Source of the DNA: Octopus vulgaris
Lineage: Eukaryota
Direction: 5' to 3'
DNA length: 64,000 nt
NCBI GenBank assembly: GCA_951406725.2
Contig: OX597837.1
Location: 15,748,001 to 15,812,000, forward strand
The translations under genes and the position numbers were made by a program. The notes beneath the pieces are model-generated. The model did not search any database, was not told the DNA's origin, and was given only the letters and a program-made list of their open reading frames with translations. This document shows positions 1-11,270 of this stretch, in pieces; position 1 is the first letter of the stretch; each line of letters opens with the position of its first letter.

Positions 1-28
1 AGAATAAATGATGTCATGAACTCCATTA

Positions 29-107
29 GCTTACAGCTGTTTCTGCTATATGATGCAGTGGACTTGTGGTTGAGTGTCTGAGTAACAGCTTATAGCTTCA
101 TCAGAGC
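29..107 (-). ncRNA. Type I minimal hammerhead-ribozyme-like motif (Penelope-like element type)
   Basis: Minus strand reads GCT-CTGATGA-A-GCTATA-(40 nt)-TATAGC-A-GAAA-CAGCTG-TA/AGC. Core CUGAUGA and GAAA are intact. Stem II is 6 bp, stem III is the palindrome ACAGCTGT, the triplet is GUA and stem I is GCT/AGC (3 bp). Confidence 0.7.
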
Positions 108-437
108 ATATGTATGTATTATATTATATGTACCGACACATACAATGGATTTCTCTACTGGATTCCACACACACACACACACTGGCACTGATTGACTTAA
201 GCGTAAAGCAAGACACCCTTGCTCAGGGTGGCACAATCCAGCAGGGTCCCACATGACACCACACTGTGCCAAACAGAACCTCTTAACCACACAGCCAAAC
301 CTATGCAAATCTACATGATATGAATGTTAATACAAACAGCAATGTAGGTTTATTGCAGAGAATTCCAGATTAGGAATTCGATGATAATCCAGCTTCCACT
401 AATCGACTTCCTGGGATTTTATTTGTTCTTTTTCCAG

Positions 438-526
438 ACAACAAAATCAACTGCAAAACCATTCATGCCATTATAATACATTTCTTTGAAATGTCTTAAT
501 CCAAGCAACTTAGATGGGATTAGCAG
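438..526 (+). other. Candidate 89-nt spliced exon (5'UTR, lncRNA or first coding exon)
   Basis: Branch-like CACTAAT at 397-403, then an AG-free polypyrimidine tract ending TTTTTCCAG at 437, and a donor CAG/GTAATA at 526/527. All three frames contain stops, but an ATG at 514 gives MGLA+G up to the donor. Confidence 0.35.
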
Positions 527-991
527 GTAATATAATCTGAAATCTATACAGCAAATGTCATCACCAAAGTGTCACGAGAAAGCTTATATGTGGCCACCCA
601 ACCTGTTAGCAATAGCAGTCAAATCTCCCTCAAAATCACACCACAGTGTCTTAAAGAGAAGGAAACACTGTTCAGGGCTCCTTGCACTTTTATCTTGTTT
701 CAGTCATTGGGTTGTGGCCATGCTGGAGCACTGTCTTGAATGACTGAGTCAAACAATTCAACCTCAATGCTTATTTTTTAAAGTCTGGTACTTACTTTAT
801 CAACTCCTTTTTGCTGAGCTACTAAGTTACAGGGACAGAAACCAACTAACACCAGCATGGGTCAGCAATGGAAGGTGTACAATGCACCTCCTCAGGTGAC
901 TGTTTTAAATAAGCCCTTTGTCAGGGCCCTACTGTCATTTCACTCAGCCTGACTATGCAGACCCAAAGCGATGTGTCCTTTTCAGTAGTTC

Positions 992-1060
992 ACAGACAAA
1001 ACTAAACCCATAAATACAGTGACAGACAAAACTAAACCCATAAATACAGTGACAGACAAA
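992..1060. repeat. 30-bp direct tandem duplication
   Basis: The 30-bp unit ACAGACAAAACTAAACCCATAAATACAGTG occurs twice, followed by a partial third copy. Confidence 0.9.
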
Positions 1061-2364
1061 ATGCAAAAAAAAAAAAAAGAAATGGACACAAAAGAGGGAG
1101 GGGAGGGGGTAGGCAGGTTGACAATAAATTACAATTCTGTCTTCATGGTCAGATTGTGAACGAAGAAAGTGTTAAAGAGAATGGAGAATAAAAGTAAGCA
1201 TTTAGAGATGATGAAACGATAAAGTGATGAAGACTGGTCATTTCAGTAGTTATTCAGAAACTGTTTCTTTATTTCTGTGAAGGATGTTTATATATATATA
1301 TATATATATATATAGAGGTTGCGTACGGATGAGGACAGTTGTGTGAAGTTTCTGTTTATCAAATACACTCAAAACGCATTGGTCTAGCCAGGGGCTGTAG
1401 TAGAAGACACTTGACCAAGGTGCCATGCAGTGGGACTGAACCCAGAACCATGAGGTTGGGAAGTGAGTTTCTTAACAGCCAAGGTAAAATGAAATAAGTG
1501 GGATGGCCCCATTTGGAATGCTTTTCGTCATTGGTCTATATGATGAGACGGTACCAGGATGGGGTGGGGGTAAAATCAAAGAATAAGAAAAGCAACAGAG
1601 CCATGAGCCAGCCAGAGTAGACTCCTTTGGTGGTTGCTTGATATGCTAGAAATAGCAGTCAGATCTACCTGAATTGAAACCAATGTGTTTGACAAGGATA
1701 GATATATTTGAATTATTCAGAGCCTCAGTACACCACCTCAAAAAAAAATATCCGTCACCCACCCCATTGAACCCCCCACCCAGAAAAAATACACGGTCAC
1801 GAATGAAAGAGCTTTGATCATATGTCTGCTCAAAGTTGACCTACAGTTATACAACATATATACTACAACACATACACATAGATACACACACACACACACA
1901 CACGTGCCTGTGTATGAGAGAGAAATGTGTGTGTGTGCATGTTTATATACACGTATATATATATATATATATATTTCAACTTGTTCCTGTGGTAGGTTTT
2001 CGTGGTGCTCCCCACTAAAAAACCAAAATGGTACTGAGATAACCTGAAGGCCACTCCCAGAAAGTAGAACAGATAAACAGAGAGCACCGTAGGTTCTGTC
2101 TGGAATGGTGTGTGGTGCCTGGAGATTGATTTGACACAGTCGCATCCAGTCGCTAGAACTGGGACTCCCTTCAACTTTCTAAAGAAAATATTAAGCAAAC
2201 AAGGAACAGCTGCTAGTGATTTACCAAAAACCTCTCAAAGACACATTCTTGGTCCTCAGTGCCAAAAATACCAGTTAAAGGAACTGGAATAACCGGGGAC
2301 TAGAGGACAGAAATAATTAAGTACATTGCAGAAAGTGGCAATCAGTGTGAGTGATCGTCTGGAG

Positions 2365-2725
2365 TGTGGCCATGCTGGAGCACTGCCTTGAAGGGGTTTT
2401 AGTTGAAGACACCAACTCCAGTACTTACTTCTTAAGTCTGGTATGTGTCCTATTGGTCTCTTTTGGTGAACTGCTACGTTATGGGGATGCAAACAAACCA
2501 ACATAGGTTGTCAAATGGTGGAAGGAGGGAAAAGCACAAACATCCACACACACGACAGGCTTCCACAGGGTTTCCATCTACCAAACCCAGTCACAAGGCT
2601 TTGGCCAAACTGGGGCTAGAGTAGAAGACACTTGCCCAAAGTGCCAGGCAGTGGGATTGAACCTCAAACCACATGGTTGCAATGCAAACTCCTTAACCAC
2701 ACAAGTCATGTCTGCACCCAATTAT
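2365..2725 (-). mobile_element. tRNA/CORE-type SINE (family B), degraded copy
   Basis: Reverse complement of the family B copy at 38249-38648, including ACTTGCCCAA (CORE-like) and the CCATGCTGGAGCAC tail motif. Confidence 0.8.
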
Positions 2726-2913
2726 TTTATTTTTCTTATTAGTTTCGGTCAATGTACTGTGGCCATACTGGGGCAATGCCTTCCAATTTTTGTGTCAATT
2801 ATATTAGCTGTCACTACCACCCCTCCACCCACCTCTAACCAAAATCCAGGCCTTTTGCTGAAATTAGAATAACTTATGTACTTTATATATATATATATAT
2901 ATATTTATATATT

Positions 2914-2961
<48 letters not shown>

Positions 2962-2965
<4 letters not shown>

Positions 2966-3162
2966 AATGTGACCGCGTGTGTACCGTTGGCAATTTTTTT
3001 TCCTCTGTCTTCCCTTCTCTGGATCTTTCCTTCTCCTATGTTTCCGACGAAGAGCTCTGCTTGGAACGTTAAACCCTCCTTCTTTCCTGAGCGTCCAGTA
3101 ATACTATATTTGTTCCACTTCCTCGCGTTGTTGTGTTTTTTTGTGCTTTCTTGTTTGGATTA

Positions 3163-3167
<5 letters not shown>
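2962..3167 (+). mobile_element. Short (TA)n-embedded element carrying a hammerhead-like motif; probable Penelope-like terminal-repeat fragment
   Basis: Flanked by (TA)n on both sides. 3040-3074 reads GTTT-CCGACGA-A-GAGC-TCT-GCTT-GGAA-CGTT/AAAC. The 3' end recurs on the minus strand at 6121-6210, also between (TA)n. A diverged relative lies at 11805-12012. Confidence 0.65.
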
Positions 3168-3199
<32 letters not shown>

Positions 3200-3494
3200 T
3201 AACTGCATAGTTATATGACTATGATTGTTCTGATAAGGTTATGTAAGAATTATTGAAACAGCTGTGGAAATGAATATCTAAGATATCACCATTATTGTCT
3301 ATTTTCTGTCACTCTTCAACACACACACACGAATACAAAATACACTCACAAATATACATGAACATATAGAAGATATACAGATACACATAAGTTTCACTCA
3401 CACACACACACACATGCATGCATGCATGCTCACACTTACACACGTCCATGTAATAGATACAGTGGCACAGTCATACGTATGCACATATATACAC

Positions 3495-3546
<52 letters not shown>

Positions 3547-4526
3547 GTACATAAATAAATACACACAGTTACAGAAACACATATACATATGCCTTCACAC
3601 ACACACACAAACCATTGGACAGAGCAAACGAAGACATTCAATTGTGATTTGAGGCAAGATGATTGATTTTCAATATGGAAATTTTGCGAAATGTGGTTTA
3701 ACAGGGAGAATATTGGACATGTTTACAAGAGGGAGGAGGGAGGGTGGCCTGGTTGTTGGAACAGCAGAACATTGAGGTGGACCAGTGGTAAGAGTAATGG
3801 ATTACAAGGGGGTGGGAGGATTGGTGCAATGGCTGGATGGTGAAACATTGGATTATTGGAGGGAGTGGGGGAGGAATGGTGACGATGGAAGAAGAAAAAG
3901 ATGAAGAGGAGAGAGAAGAAGAAGAAGAAGACTAAGCAAGAAAAGGAAAATTAGATGAAATCTGATGATGATGAGGGTGATGATGTTAGTGATGAGAATG
4001 GTAAAAGCAACAATATGATGATGATTATGATGGTGGTAGTGATGATGATGATGAGGAGGAGGAGAAGGAGGGGGAAGAGGAGTGAGTGTAGGCTATGGAA
4101 ACCAAAATAATCAAATTGGTCTAACGGAAAAGAGAGAAAGGGGGGGAGAAAGAGAGGCGAGAGAGAGAGAGAGAGAGGGAAAGAAAGAAAGAGAGAGAGA
4201 GAGAGAGGGGGGATTTGAGAAAACATTAACAACAACAACAGTAACAGTTACAATTTCATGAGAAATATGGTAATATCATCTCTCTCCTTCTCTCCCTTCT
4301 TTATCCCTCTCTCTCTCACCTCTTCCTCTCACTCATGTTTACCTAAAAGCAAAGTAAATATATCAACACTTAAGCTTATACACACAGCCTTCTACATATA
4401 TATATATATATACACACATGCCCATACATTCATGTATGTATGCTTATGTGTATGCATATATATATGTATGCATATAATATATTTGAATGTATATGAATGT
4501 GTGTGCATGTATGTGTGCATGTATAC

Positions 4527-4564
<38 letters not shown>

Positions 4565-5202
4565 GTATACACGTGCATTTGTGTGTGTATGTGTGTATAT
4601 ATATGTGTGTGTGTGTGTGTGTAGAATGTGAATGCAAACTGGGCAAACCGAAAGAGGCTACAAGAACAGGGTGGAGGAAGGGGAGGAGGGGGATGACAGA
4701 GAAGGAGAAAGAGAGGGAGGAGGAAGAGGAAGGGTGCAGGAGAAGGAGACAGGTAGGAAGAGGAGGAGGAGAAGGGGAGTGCAAAACAAATTTAAGTTTG
4801 GGAATGGCAGAAGTAAGGAGCAGGCAGAGGGGGTGGTGGTGGGAGGGGGTTGTTTTGAAGAATCAATAGAGTGATTGGGGAGGAGGCAGAGGCGGAGGAG
4901 GAGGAGACGAGATGGAATAATTAACCAGCTCAAACCTCAAGTATATTAATTATTTGACAACAAGAGAAGAAACAAGGACGGACGACGCTCAGCTGAATTC
5001 CTTCAAGAAAAATACACACGCATTAAACAAACTTACACACACACATACACACACACACATACACACACACACACACACACAAATACACACACACACACAT
5101 ACACACACACACACACATACACACACATTGAAGGTTTTCAAAATGTCTTGCAATCATTTTTCAAATTTGAATACTGTTTTTGGATGTTTGAAGCAATGAA
5201 GG

Positions 5203-5415
5203 AAGCTGTATGTGGTCACTAGATCTGCTGGAAATAGTAGTTGAATCTTCTTCAAATCACACCCTACTGTCTAAAAACCAGAGAAGGGAACCTTATGCCA
5301 TGTAATACTAGGTAGACTGTGTCTGAATAAAAAGACAGGGTGTCCATGGATGGAATGCCTTTGCTTATGAATATGAGTTGGCTCGATCAGGACCCACTTT
5401 GGATTAAGCAATAAC
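5203..5415 (+). mobile_element. Dispersed SINE-like repeat (family D) with a (CAA)n-type tail
   Basis: Consensus TGTGGTCACT..CTGCTAGAAATAGCAGCCAAATCTCCCTCAAATCAC..GGAATGCCTTTG..GCTAAACAACAAC. Related copies lie at about 580-670, 13775-14200, 37915-38095(-), 50330-50525(-) and 60500-60620. Confidence 0.65.
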
Positions 5416-6083
5416 ATGAAGTTTCTCAGTTTATGAAGATAAAAGGGTGGCAAGCCTTTTGTCTGCCTTTATGTTCTGAGTTCAAATTCCACTGAGGTCA
5501 GCCTTGCCTTTTCATCATTCTGGGGTCGATAAATAAAATACCAGTTGAGCACTGGGGTCAATATGTTTGAGCAGCCCTTCTCCCCTAAATTCCAGACCTT
5601 CTGCTTAGAGTTGAAAGGATTATTTGTAACAGCAGAACACAAGAGATTTCTTCATAACTTCTTATTGAAATTTCATTCCAATGCATCGGCAAGAACAACA
5701 GCAACACACACACACACAACACACTGTGGTTAGGCAGTTTGATTTACAACTTACAAGTAAGATTATCACAAACTTACATTGATTTTGTGATGAGAAGTGA
5801 AAGTCGTACGTATAAGATAATATAAATGTATGAAGGATTTTTTTAATTAATAATCAGTAGAAATTACAGAGTGATTGAGGGCCAAGGGTTTCATGTGTTG
5901 GCATTTCTGCCCTTAAGTCATTGTGTAAATCCTGCTGATTATTAATATTTAAAAAAAACAAACAAACATATATATATACTCATGCCTTGAGTTCTATTTT
6001 CCCGTTTGCACCAGCAAACATAAATATATACATAGAAAGATAGAGAGACAGAGACACATGTATATCTGTGTGTGTGTATGTAC

Positions 6084-6124
<41 letters not shown>

Positions 6125-6300
6125 TAATCCAAACAAGAAAGCACAAAAAAACACAACAACGCGAGGACGTGGAACAAATATAGTATTATTGGACGCTCAG
6201 GAAAGAAAGAAATATATATATATATATATATATATATAGTATAATTATAAACAGAGTAAATTTTTAGCCATTTTTTCACAGACTGAAAAAGATGATGAAC

Positions 6301-6347
6301 AACGTTAATCAATTTCCGAACCTTATTGGGTTCTCATCAGAGGCGTC
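6301..6347 (-). ncRNA. Hammerhead-ribozyme-like motif inside a (TA)n-flanked element (about 6240-6510)
   Basis: Minus strand reads GACGCCT-CTGATGA-GAACC-CAATAA-GGTTC-G-GAAA-TTGA-TT/AACGTT. Core is intact and stem II is a perfect 5 bp. Stem III ATTGAT is one transition from the palindrome ATCGAT. Confidence 0.6.
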
Positions 6348-6529
6348 TACATCATCCTGACAGTCTCCAGAGAAACAAACAGCCAAACGGTTTATATACT
6401 TAACAAATGCAGCAGTTACTCTATGAAGGAATCCCTAATTTGCATATCGAAAGTGTTGAACACTCTATAAACACCAACGGGGATCTTAGTCCACACAGTA
6501 TCAAGGTATGATATAATATATATATATTT

Positions 6530-6745
6530 CATCATCATCATCATCATTCAACATTCCCTTCCATACTGGCATGGATTGGGCGGTGTGGCAGGAGCTGACC
6601 AACCAGAGAGCTGCATCATAATTCTGTGTCCGTTTTGGCAGTTTTTACAGCTGGATACCCTTCCTAACATCAACCACCCAACAGAGTGGACTGAGTACCT
6701 TTTATGTGGCACCAGCACAGGTGAGGTCAGTTTTGGCAAAGTTTT
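6530..6745 (-). mobile_element. RTE-tail-type element (3' end with (GAT)n tail)
   Basis: Contains CAGCTGGATACCCTTCCTAAC..CAACCAC and a (CAT)n terminus, matching the 3' UTR of the RTE at 40900-41612. Similar copies lie at 11412-11580, 30115-30385, 31590-31795 and 54790-55000. Confidence 0.75.
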
Positions 6746-6911
6746 TACAAGTGGATCCCCTGACAAAAGCCTTGTGAGTGGATTAGGAGAGACAGAAACT
6801 GACAAAAGCCTGTCGTATATAAATAAATGTGTGTGTGAGGGTTCCCAACGTCACTCTCCAAAGTTTCTTGCTAGATGTGATCTTTCAGGTGACAGCAAAA
6901 ATTTCTTTCAA

Positions 6912-7577
6912 CCCTTCGTGGGTCGGTAGGGTTCCTTGGGACCCCAGCAAATTTTAAAAGTTATGCAACTTTTACATTTTTTTATTTAAATGATTTTATA
7001 TTTCACTACTTTTATTGACAATAGTTTATGGATGCACAGACGAATTTTGAGTTAAAAATTTCCAGACAAATGGATGTTATAGCATAAAATATGGTCAATG
7101 GGGCCCAGTTGGACCTCATTGACCTTCTGTGAAATTATTATCATTATTATTTTTTTCAGATATTCTGGTGAACGATAAGTCAATTGCCTTTGTATTTGTT
7201 CTGATATGAATTGATATATTAAATAATTTTACTTTATTTTATATTTAGTGCTATATGTATAGTTTATAAAACTATAAAAAATATTGATTTCTTTCAATAA
7301 AGGTTTTTTTTAGTCAATAAATTACATTTTAATTCCCCTCCATTAAACGCTAATAATTACAAATATATACCTATAAAGTGCCAAACTTGGTGTTCTGTGT
7401 CTGCACTCACACACAAATATATGTGGAAGATTAAACAAACATTACTTTATGGATTAGGGGAGACAAAAACTGAAAAAAGCCTTGTGATTGGATTAGGGGA
7501 GACACAAAAATAAAAGGGGGTTCCATGGGACCCCAATGGCCTTTTGTGTAATTCCAACCCTGCTGGCCCACGAAGAG
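6912..7577. mobile_element. piggyBac-type non-autonomous element (MITE)
   Basis: Left end tcaa/CCCTTCGTGGGTCGGTAGGG and right end CCCTGCTGGCCCACGAAGAG/ttaa form imperfect TIRs. A TTAA target lies on the right and TCAA on the left. Subterminal GGGTTCC.TGGG(G)ACCCC palindromes occur at both ends. Confidence 0.7.
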
Positions 7578-7693
7578 TTAATCAAGGCAAATTTAATAAC
7601 ATATCTGAGATAAATTTCCATCTAATTAGAATTTTGGCCATCTGCATGTAATCAGTGGATTGAGGTGACATTTAGGATGGTCATAGATGGAAA

Positions 7694-7955
7694 TAATAAT
7701 AATAAATGCGCCCTTTTAAAGCCTAGCCAGGCTCATGGGCCCAGTTTCCAGGTTTCTTTGGCGTATGTGTTCCCTAGCTGGACGGGATGCCAGTCCATCG
7801 CAGCGTTACTCATTTTTGCCAGCTGAGTGGACTGCAGCAACGTGAAATGAAGTGTTTTGCTCAAGAACACAACGCGTCGCACGGTCCCGGAATTGAAACC
7901 ACAATCTTACAATCATGGTGCTGACACCCTAACCACTAAGCCATGTGCCTCCACC
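7694..7955 (-). mobile_element. tRNA-derived SINE (family C), full length with a 12-bp TSD
   Basis: Minus strand has A box TGGCTTAGTGG, B box GGTTTCAATTCC, a central CTGCGATGGACTGGCATCCCGTCCAG and a (TTA)n tail. Perfect TSD CATAGATGGAAA at 7682-7693 and 7956-7967. A related copy lies at 54540-54770(+). Confidence 0.85.
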
Positions 7956-8707
7956 CATAGATGGAAAGCTAGAAAAATAACAGACTGACGTCTGCTCAGT
8001 CCTGGATGGTTCAACAAAAGCATCGAATTTTACAAGAGTTTCATTTCAAACCTTTTCTGGTTATATTAAATACACTCACAACGTGGGATTTAGTAACTAA
8101 TTTTATCGTTAAGCTGGTCGATTAGAACATAACAAAAGGTTCCTTATATAAAAATATAATGGAAGTTTTTAATTTAAACATGAACTCCTTAAAACGATCG
8201 ATTTTTTTTTGTGTGCTCCAGAAAGAGAAAATGTTAGAGGCAAGTTGGGATTGGAAAAGTTCAGATGAAAATCTCCATCACATCCATAAAATTTGTAAAA
8301 ATATTTCATTTCGTATATCAATACTCAGAAATATAATGTTTTAACAGAATCAAATTCATATCTGTTTTCAGGGGCTTATTTTGTTCCCTACTCTTACCCC
8401 CCAACCCCTATTTTTAATTGTTTTCTACCCAAGACCTTCCAGCAAAAAGCAAGAATTTTTTTTTCTTTTTTTTTTTAAAATAAAAATTCTTCTTCTTTTC
8501 ACAGGAAATGTATCTATAGACAGGAAATAAATTAAAAGAAATAAGATACAAAAAATGAAATATAAAACAAATCTTTAGAATAAAATGGTAGGCCATCGAA
8601 TAATTCCTGATTTCTGCTTCACTCAGACAAACAACCAAACTGAAAATAATATTTTACAAGAAAAAGAAACGAATAACAATAATAATAATACTACTACTGC
8701 TACTACA

Positions 8708-8745
<38 letters not shown>

Positions 8746-9929
8746 TGATGATGATGACGATAGTAATAATAATAAAATCCATTGCAATCGCTTCGGTTTC
8801 TGCATTTTATTATTAGTTGCTCAACGAAAGACAAATATTTCTCATCAAAATGGATTCTGGCTGTAGAAATGGAAGAGAAAGAGAGGAAGAAAGAGAGAGA
8901 GAGAGAGAGAGAGAGGGGGTGAGTGTATGTAGGGGTGGGTGAGGAAGGGGTAGCTTTTCAGTCATGTAAATATTTGAATACAGTGAAAGGGAGGAAAGGG
9001 GGTGCATGGTGGAGGATGGGACGAGTGTTAAGTAGAAAATACTAAAAAAAAGGTTTAAAAAAACAACAAAAAATAAAAATAGCAGTAATAAATAAATATT
9101 AAAAATTATTATTATTATTACATTTTTCTTTTTCTTTTTTTTTATTTATTTATTACTTTTCTGAAACTGACTTAATGAAAAATGTTTCTTCGTTAACCGA
9201 TAGCAGAACAAATTGTACCATATATGAGTTCATTCTTCATCCTCACAGAATCCCTTGGTTCCGTCAACATGGCTGCTTGGCTGGATGGCTGGCTTCCCCC
9301 CTCCCTTCCTCTGCCAACGCCACCACCACCACCCACACCCATAGTATTGCTAACGCCAACACTGCCTTCACCTTAACAAGAGATACGCATTGGAAAAGTA
9401 TTCCTGGCCGAAACTAATCAGAATTTAAGCTAAAATTGACAGAAAAATAAATTTTTTTAAAAACAAACAAACAAAAAATAAATACCCCTCCCACCTCATC
9501 ACCAAAAATACTGCAAATATTTGAGAAAAGAGGAAAACTTTTACAACCAGATAAAAAATAAAAAATAAATACAAACCCAACAAAAACAACCAAAATGGAA
9601 ATGTTGAAAGAAATATATAAATGTCCCACAAAAAAAACCAAATGGAAAAGGAATGAGGAATTAGACATTTGATGGGAAATAATTCGTTGCTCTTAGAGTT
9701 TTGGTCGTCCTATTAAAACCTACAACTTGGAATTATAATTTTTTTTTGTGTGTTTGTGTTTTGTTGTTGTTGATACATTTGGCAAAGAAGAAGTCAGAAA
9801 ATTGCAATTGCGGGATATTAATAAATTGGATATTTTGGAAGATATGCATAGGAATTTGGAATTTTTCTGGGGTCTTTTTGCTGGTTTTTAAATTTTTTTT
9901 AAGGGGTTTAAATACTCCAATCGGAATGC

Positions 9930-10148
9930 ATAATGATGATGATGATAATGATGACAATGAGGGTGATGATGATAACGATGATGATGAAGACAATGATGAT
10001 GATAATGATGATGATGATGATGATGAAAAGGGGGAGAAGGAAGGTGGTGATGGTGATGATGACAATGAGGGTGATGAAGACAATGATGATGATTATGATG
10101 ATAATGATGAATATAACGACATCAACAATGATGATGATGATGATGATG
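9930..10148. repeat. (GAT)n-rich trinucleotide microsatellite
   Basis: Imperfect GAT/GAC/GGT run; this is the source of the poly-D, poly-M and poly-I ORFs. Confidence 0.9.
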
Positions 10149-11059
10149 TCTATCTGATAGTCTTGTAGAACAAACAAACACAAGCTGAGAAAAAATGACG
10201 ATGGATCCAGAGTCAATAAGAGTTTTTATTGTAAATTGTCTGATGAAATGAAACTGAAGCTGATTGGAGGATGTTGTGGACCGTTTCTGTTGATATGGTA
10301 AGACCTTGAAAGTCAGTCTTTGTCACTGATTAAAAATGGAAAGCAGAAAGGAAGGGTAGAAATGTTAGAAATGTTATTGTAACCATTGCAACAGTCATCG
10401 TTTTATAAGCAGAGTCTCAAGTTTAATAAATTGTCAGCCATGACTCACTTTGTCTTGGAGGATTTCATTTCATTTGGATAAACTTGCTAAACTCAAAATA
10501 CTTCAGCTCTCAGAAATATTGGAGTTTCTCTTGAGAAGAGAGAAGATAGGTGAGTTGGTGATAAGGGTGAATTACAGGTGTGTGAGAGAGAGAGAGAGAG
10601 AGAGCAGGATCGAGACTAGTACGGGACTGGCAATTCTTTTATCAACCCCTAAAGGATGAAAGACTAAGTTAACCTTGGAAGGGTTCAAAGGAGAAGAAAG
10701 CCAAGTGAAACACCACAAGGCATTTTATCAGACATTAACAATGGCACCAATTCATTGCCTGTATGCAAATGCGTGTCAGGTCAGGTCAGGTCAGGTCATG
10801 TTTAAATATTCTACAGTCATCACTGCAAGAGTGGTGTGCTCTGTGGAATAAAGGTATTTTGTTACTAGAGAAACAGATAGAGTTTGGCAACTGGAAGAGC
10901 ATCCGACTGTAAAACCTGACCCCACATAAATCTCCATTGCAACCGATTCTAGCATGAGAAAATGAAGGTCGAAAAACATGAATGAATACACATACATACA
11001 TACATGGTGTATGCATACATTGCGGAACAGTTATTTAAACGAGTTGTATTTATTTATTT

Positions 11060-11165
11060 ATCACTTGATGAGATATATCTGCACCACCGGATGCTCCTGA
11101 ACCAGTTGTTGAGTGTCCCACCCAAGAGGAATCAATGCTGGATGTGTTGAAACGATTGTCATGAT
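11060..11165 (+). ncRNA. Hammerhead-ribozyme-like motif with a long stem II (degenerate)
   Basis: Reads ATCAC-TTGATGA-GATATATCT.GCA-(loop)-TGC.T.GGATGTGTT-GAAA-CGATTG-TC/ATGAT. Stem II has 12 pairs including G-U. Stem III ACGATTGT is near-palindromic, the triplet is GUC, and C3 is changed to U. Confidence 0.6.
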
Positions 11166-11234
11166 TAATAAAAAAATTCTCATATATTCCATCTTCTGTC
11201 TTTCATTTGTTACACACACACACACATATATATA

Positions 11235-11270
<36 letters not shown>

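Noticed and set aside
3652-3672. AGGCAAGATG, matching the first 10 nt of miR-31
   Set aside because: The rest of the mature sequence does not match and I see no hairpin partner.
9701-10216. Poly-Asp, poly-Met and poly-Ile ORFs
   Set aside because: They come from a (GAT)n microsatellite, with no splice or domain support.
10240-10270. CTGATGA-AAT-GAAA hammerhead-like core
   Set aside because: There is no room for stem II and no stem I or III pairing.
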